64,000 bases of DNA from Geopsychrobacteraceae bacterium. GTDB lineage: Bacteria; Desulfobacterota; Desulfuromonadia; Desulfuromonadales; Geopsychrobacteraceae. Below the pieces are notes generated by a model. It saw only the letters and a list, made by a program, of their open reading frames with translations, was not told where the DNA came from and searched no databases. The stretch's first letter is position 1, and every line of letters starts with the position of its first letter. This document shows, one piece after another, positions 59,764 to 64,000 of the stretch. The stretch covers positions 3,936,001 through 4,000,000 of the forward strand of contig OY759353.1 in the NCBI GenBank assembly GCA_963662315.1, read 5' to 3'. A program made the position numbers and the translations under genes.

Positions 59764-59839
59764 ACTTAACGGCATGCGAAACCGGTTGTTTTTGGAGCGC
59801 CAGCGGAAAAAGCAATCCGCGTTAACGCTATTGTTAGCC
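59764..59839 (-). other. attC site (76 bp)
   Basis: GGCTAAC-AATAG-CGTTAACGCGGATTGCTTTTT...AAAAACAACCGGTTTCGC-ATGCC-GTTAAGT. Confidence 0.85.
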
Positions 59840-60235
59840 TTGAAGTTCTCGTATTTTGCTTTGTATTTTCGAAACCGTTTCTTCGTATTTAACTAGACCT
59901 CTTAACTGCCCACCCTTGAAGATTGCGGTTATATATGCTGCTGTTGCTGAAAGGCCAATGAAAGAGGAGGAAAGGGTTTCACCTATTGGGTCGATGGCAA
60001 CACCTTCAAACATAAATGCGGCTGATAAAATTGCCAAAACCATTAAAACTGACTCAGCTGCCCACCGAATGAGGTAGTGGTTATCATGTTTTAACAATTC
60101 ATAGTGTTGAATCTGTTTCTTTAATGACTTTATTTTTCTTTCTTTATTCCACTGTAATGATGATTTAAACCAGCCTTTGTATAACGGTATTGTTGCAATC
60201 AAAGATAGTGTAGCTGCCACAGTTTCAAACTTCAT
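59834..60235 (-). CDS. gene-cassette hypothetical membrane protein
   Basis: Starts after R' GTTAGCC and AAGGA RBS; stop codon overlaps R'' GGCTAAC. Confidence 0.8.
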   Translation of the reverse strand: MKFETVAATLSLIATIPLYKGWFKSSLQWNKERKIKSLKKQIQHYELLKHDNHYLIRWAAESVLMVLAILSAAFMFEGVAIDPIGETLSSSFIGLSATAAYITAIFKGGQLRGLVKYEETVSKIQSKIRELQG

Positions 60236-60250
60236 ATCTATTCCTTGGTT

Positions 60251-60269
60251 GGCTAACTTAGAATTAGAC
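60251..60269 (-). other. attI-like simple site at the head of the array
   Basis: GTCTAAT-5 bp-GTTAGCC with no attC stem upstream. Confidence 0.5.
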
Positions 60270-60819
60270 GGCCTAAAAGTCGTAATATAATACGGCATTA
60301 TATCGTTAAAAGTAAAAAAAACAGTTAAAATAGTAGCCTACATCTTATTTTGAAAATAATAGAACGACAAATACTGCATTTGCTGAAGGGGCGATGGATC
60401 AGCACACAAGGTCGATTTGTGGCACGGCTCGTTTTCTCAAATACATGAAAAAGCGAATAGCCCCTCATTTTATTTGAATCTGGTTTTGCAAAGATATAAC
60501 AAATACGGGAAAAACTGCGCTATTTTAGCTCTATATGTGGGAGTGAACAAGGTTTTTGTTGGTATTTTCAAAAGGGCTGCTTCGAACCCGTTCCCCTGGT
60601 CTTCCTTTGGTTAAATCTTTTCCGGGGGGAGGAGCTCATACTAAAAATGGCGCATTTTTTTAGCATATCGGGGTAAGAGTCTATTGAAAAATAATTCAAT
60701 TGATATCATACTGGATAGAATAAAAATCCTCATAAATAGGACAGCAATATTTGACTCCAGCAGGACAGACAATCTGCTGTATAATCGTTACTGAACAGAA
60801 TTCTTAAAAGGAAGAATAC

Positions 60820-61770
60820 ATGAACAGTGAAATGATCTGGCCGGAAAAGGCAAAAATATGTGAAGTTGGTCTGCGTGATGGTCTGCAGAACGAAAAGAAG
60901 ATTCTCGACGTCGAGCAAAAGCTTGAGATTCTTGATTCAATTGTTGCTTCGGGAATCAAGATCATTGAAATCGGTTCTTTTGTTCATCCCAAGGCGGTAC
61001 CGCAAATGGCGAACACCGGTGAACTGGCCAAGCGCATGAAGCGGGTTGACGGGGTTGAGTACCGAGTACTGGTGCCGAATCTCAAAGGGCTTGAGCGTGC
61101 TCACGATGCCGGATTGACCAAAGCCAAACTGACTGTTAGTGCCAGTGAGACTCATTGTAAGGCCAACTTTAACCAGAGCCCGCTCGAAATGATGGAAGGG
61201 TTTATCCCTTGTGTCGAGTTTGCCGCGAAGAACGGCATTGAAATCTCCGGTGCCATGTCATCGGCCTGGGGGTGTGCCTGGGAAGGAAAACTACCGGTTT
61301 CCCAGATTGAAAAGCTGACCCACCGTTTTATTGAACTGGGGATCACCGAACTGTCCCTGTCTGATGCAACCGGAATGGCAGATCCCCGACAGATCTATGA
61401 AATGGGCGGATATCTGAAGAAGGCCTTTCCGCAAGTGAACTGGGTTTTGCACCTGCACAACACCAGGGGCATGGCTCTGGCATGCGTTATTGCTGCGTTG
61501 CAGATCGGTTTCACGACCTTTGACGGTGCTTTTGCCGGTTTTGGGGGCTGTAATTTTATTCCTGGTGCCGCGGGTAATGTTGCAACGGAAGACATGATTC
61601 ACATGCTGCATGAAATGAAGGTAGACACCGATGTTGATCTGCAAAAAGCTATGGAGACTGGCCGTATGGTTCAGGCAATGATGGAGCATAGCGGTGGCAG
61701 TTACGTTCTTAAGGCCGGGCGTAACTCTGATCTGGTTCAGGCTAAAGCCGCTGTTCAGGATAACAAATAG
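60820..61770 (+). CDS. hydroxymethylglutaryl-CoA lyase family protein
   Basis: EVGLRDGLQNE, GSFVHPKAVPQMA, LVPN.KG, HLHNTRG, GGCNF.PGAAGNVATED. Confidence 0.88.
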   Translation: MNSEMIWPEKAKICEVGLRDGLQNEKKILDVEQKLEILDSIVASGIKIIEIGSFVHPKAVPQMANTGELAKRMKRVDGVEYRVLVPNLKGLERAHDAGLTKAKLTVSASETHCKANFNQSPLEMMEGFIPCVEFAAKNGIEISGAMSSAWGCAWEGKLPVSQIEKLTHRFIELGITELSLSDATGMADPRQIYEMGGYLKKAFPQVNWVLHLHNTRGMALACVIAALQIGFTTFDGAFAGFGGCNFIPGAAGNVATEDMIHMLHEMKVDTDVDLQKAMETGRMVQAMMEHSGGSYVLKAGRNSDLVQAKAAVQDNK

Positions 61771-61820
61771 TCTGTTATAAAAAGGAATCTGTCTTGGCGC
61801 TGACAGATTTCGCTACGGTT

Positions 61821-61858
61821 AAAAAGAGACCCTTCCCTGGCGGGGTCTCTTTTTTTTT
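61821..61858 (+). terminator. rho-independent terminator
   Basis: aaaaagagaccc...ggggtctctttttttt. Confidence 0.75.
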
Positions 61859-61995
61859 GCTATGAACTACAGGTCATGACGACCAAAATTTGCGGTAAAA
61901 AGAAAGTAATGGTTGAATCGGGGTTAAGGCATTAGGTACATTCGAAGCCTCGGAAATAATGATGACTGACAACGCTATTGGACTGGACATTTTTC

Positions 61996-63015
61996 ATGAA
62001 ATATCGCCTCGCTATTAATGGTTATGGTCGGATCGGGCAGAGTGTTTTAAGAGCCCTGTATACCAATCAACACTTTCACGATTTACGCGTGGTCGCCATT
62101 AATGAGCTTGCTGATCTGGAGACGCTGACCTACCTGACCCAGTACGATACCACTCATGGGCGTTTTCCCACTGCCGTTGAAAATGATGGGCAACGGCTGC
62201 TGGTTGATGGTGATGAAATCGTGACCCTGAATCACCGGGACCCCGCTGGGCTGCCGTGGCAGGAACTTGGCATTGACATGGTCCTCGAATGTAGCGGCAG
62301 CTTTACCGATCGTGCGACTGCCCAGCAACATCTGAATAGCGGGGCAAAAAAGCTGCTCTTTTCGCAACCCGCTGATGATGATATCGATGCGACTATCGTT
62401 TATGGTTTCAACCATGAGCGCCTGCAGGCAAAGGATACGATCGTTTCAAGTGCTTCCTGTACCACCAATTGTGTTGTTCCGGTTCTTGATCTGCTGGATC
62501 GCGAATTTGGCATTATCAGTGGCGTCAGCACCACGATCCATTCGGCCATGAATGATCAGCCGGTGATTGATCGTTATCATCAAAGTGATCTGCGCTTAAC
62601 CCGTAGCGCCATGCATTCGATGATCCCGGTTAAGACCGGCCTGGCGCGTGGTATCGCCAAATTCTTACCTCATCTGGCGGGGAAGATGGAATGCCTGCAT
62701 TTACGGGTTCCGACCATTAATGTTTCGCTGATGGATCTAGCGATTCACGTTGAGAAGAACGTTGATGTCCAAACGATCAATGGCTTGTTTGCTGAGTTCG
62801 CTGAGGGGCCATGGCACGGACTGGTTGGTTACAGTGAACAACCCCATGCTTCGGTTGATTTCAATACCGACTCGCGTTCAGCTGTGGTCGATGGCACCCA
62901 GACGCGGGTCAGCAATCAGAATCTGATCAAGATGATGGTCTGGTTTGATAACGAGTGGAGTTATGCCAACCGGATGCTCGATGTTGCCAAATATTGGTTG
63001 GCTTTAGCTGGTTAG
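61996..63015 (+). CDS. epd: D-erythrose-4-phosphate dehydrogenase (GAPDH family)
   Basis: INGYGRIG, SCTTNC, HSAMNDQPVID, RVPT.NV, WFDNEW; the HSAMNDQ segment is Epd-type. Confidence 0.75.
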   Translation: MKYRLAINGYGRIGQSVLRALYTNQHFHDLRVVAINELADLETLTYLTQYDTTHGRFPTAVENDGQRLLVDGDEIVTLNHRDPAGLPWQELGIDMVLECSGSFTDRATAQQHLNSGAKKLLFSQPADDDIDATIVYGFNHERLQAKDTIVSSASCTTNCVVPVLDLLDREFGIISGVSTTIHSAMNDQPVIDRYHQSDLRLTRSAMHSMIPVKTGLARGIAKFLPHLAGKMECLHLRVPTINVSLMDLAIHVEKNVDVQTINGLFAEFAEGPWHGLVGYSEQPHASVDFNTDSRSAVVDGTQTRVSNQNLIKMMVWFDNEWSYANRMLDVAKYWLALAG

Positions 63016-63021
63016 TCGACC

Positions 63022-63714
63022 TTAGCGAAGTTGTGCCCGTTGGTGCTGCCAGCCGGGTAGATAATGATCCATCAAGTGGTAAAAACGTGAGTTGTGTGAT
63101 GGCTCTAACAGATGAATCAGTTCATGGACCAGTACGTATTCAATGCACGCGTAGGGTTTCTTTATCAGTTCCTGATTTAACCAGATCCGGTGTGCGACCG
63201 TGTTACAGGTTCCCCAGCGGGTTTTCATTTTGCGGATCCGCCATTCGCTGACTTTGACTCCCAGAATAGGTTCCCACTTTTTTAGCAGCGGAGGAACTAT
63301 CTTTTCCAGTTCGTGCCGATACCATTGCTGTAATACTTGTTCACGATACTCGCTGGTACCCTGAGCTTTCAGGTACAGAAACAGGTTATTTCCGGAGATT
63401 GACGGTTGTCGTCTGCGGTATGAATGTTGAAGTTGCAGCCGGTAGGGTGCGCCCAGATAAAAATGTTCTTCCCCTTCCAGATACTCCAACTGTTGAGGTA
63501 CCGGTCTGTTTCGGATGACTTTTTGGCGGTCCCTGATCCAGTCAAGACGCTCAAAGAACAGGGCTTGAACCGCCTTGCTGCTCATGCGGTGAGGAGCGCT
63601 GATCTGTACACGACCATCGGGAGGGAGCAGGCGGATATAGCAGTTCTTGATCTTTTTCCAGGTGATGTCAGCCTGAATACCATCGATTTCCAGGGTCTGC
63701 AGTTTTTTAAACAC
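63022..63714 (-). CDS. YgjP/DUF45 (M48-like) metal-dependent hydrolase
   Basis: MKTRWGTC, YVLVHELIHL, HNSRFY. Confidence 0.88.
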   Translation of the reverse strand: MFKKLQTLEIDGIQADITWKKIKNCYIRLLPPDGRVQISAPHRMSSKAVQALFFERLDWIRDRQKVIRNRPVPQQLEYLEGEEHFYLGAPYRLQLQHSYRRRQPSISGNNLFLYLKAQGTSEYREQVLQQWYRHELEKIVPPLLKKWEPILGVKVSEWRIRKMKTRWGTCNTVAHRIWLNQELIKKPYACIEYVLVHELIHLLEPSHNSRFYHLMDHYLPGWQHQRAQLR

Positions 63715-63825
63715 GTGAGGCTCCCGCTATGGTTTGGAGAATTTTTACCGGGAAGCTTATTACATTGTGGCTGGCAGGTAAAGAGAGGAGGGCCTGTTCC
63801 AGAAACCTGCAACAGACCCGAAGAC

Positions 63826-64000
63826 TTAACGGGAAATAACTGCGGGTTTGTAAAAGTTAACGGCGTTAGCATAGAAAACCTTTTGCGCCAGTTCTGCCCC
63901 AAGAGTATCGATAACCAGCAGGAAGTCATCGTCACTGTAAAGGTGAGATGTCCTGGTACAGGGGAGATCGCTGCCGAACATAAGGCAATCTGGGTTCGCC
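63826..64000 (-). CDS. C-terminal end of an amidohydrolase_2 family protein, partial
   Basis: Manual translation ANPDCLMFGSDLPCTR...KVFYANAVNFY (FGSD.P and NA..FY motifs). Confidence 0.65.
   Translation of the reverse strand, partial: ANPDCLMFGSDLPCTRTSHLYSDDDFLLVIDTLGAELAQKVFYANAVNFYKPAVISR

Overview
Bacterial chromosomal window; the gene content resembles an anaerobic Desulfuromonadales-type deltaproteobacterium (inference). Core and metabolic blocks, in order: pruA, ssb, a TPP-riboswitch-controlled SSS + ThiW-ECF thiamine-precursor uptake operon, and an ABC transporter/divergent malate synthase/allE/M20 amidohydrolase ureide cluster. These are followed by a cytoplasmic molybdopterin oxidoreductase of catechol-dehydroxylase type with an Fe-S subunit, MFS and IclR, then redox-stress genes, leuA, a DGC and a histidine kinase sharing one unnamed sensor domain, a complete chemosensory operon, HMG-CoA lyase and epd. 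There are two accessory zones. The first (2.3-7.0 kb) is a pile-up of IS3/IS4 elements plus a deleted RAYT. The second (53.4-60.3 kb) is an integron-cassette array with no integrase in the window; its attC sites obey the R'/R'' complementarity rule and it starts at an attI-like site. One attC there is split by a group IIC-attC intron shell of about 4.06 kb. The shell has lost most of its RT gene and now encloses tandem copies of an unexplained, highly structured repeat (423-bp period), a RAYT transposase with 25-bp inverted repeats, and a polymorphic-toxin/immunity-like gene pair. Further attC relics and a 137-nt mini-intron are scattered through the window, all in the same orientation. No tRNA, rRNA or CRISPR array was seen.
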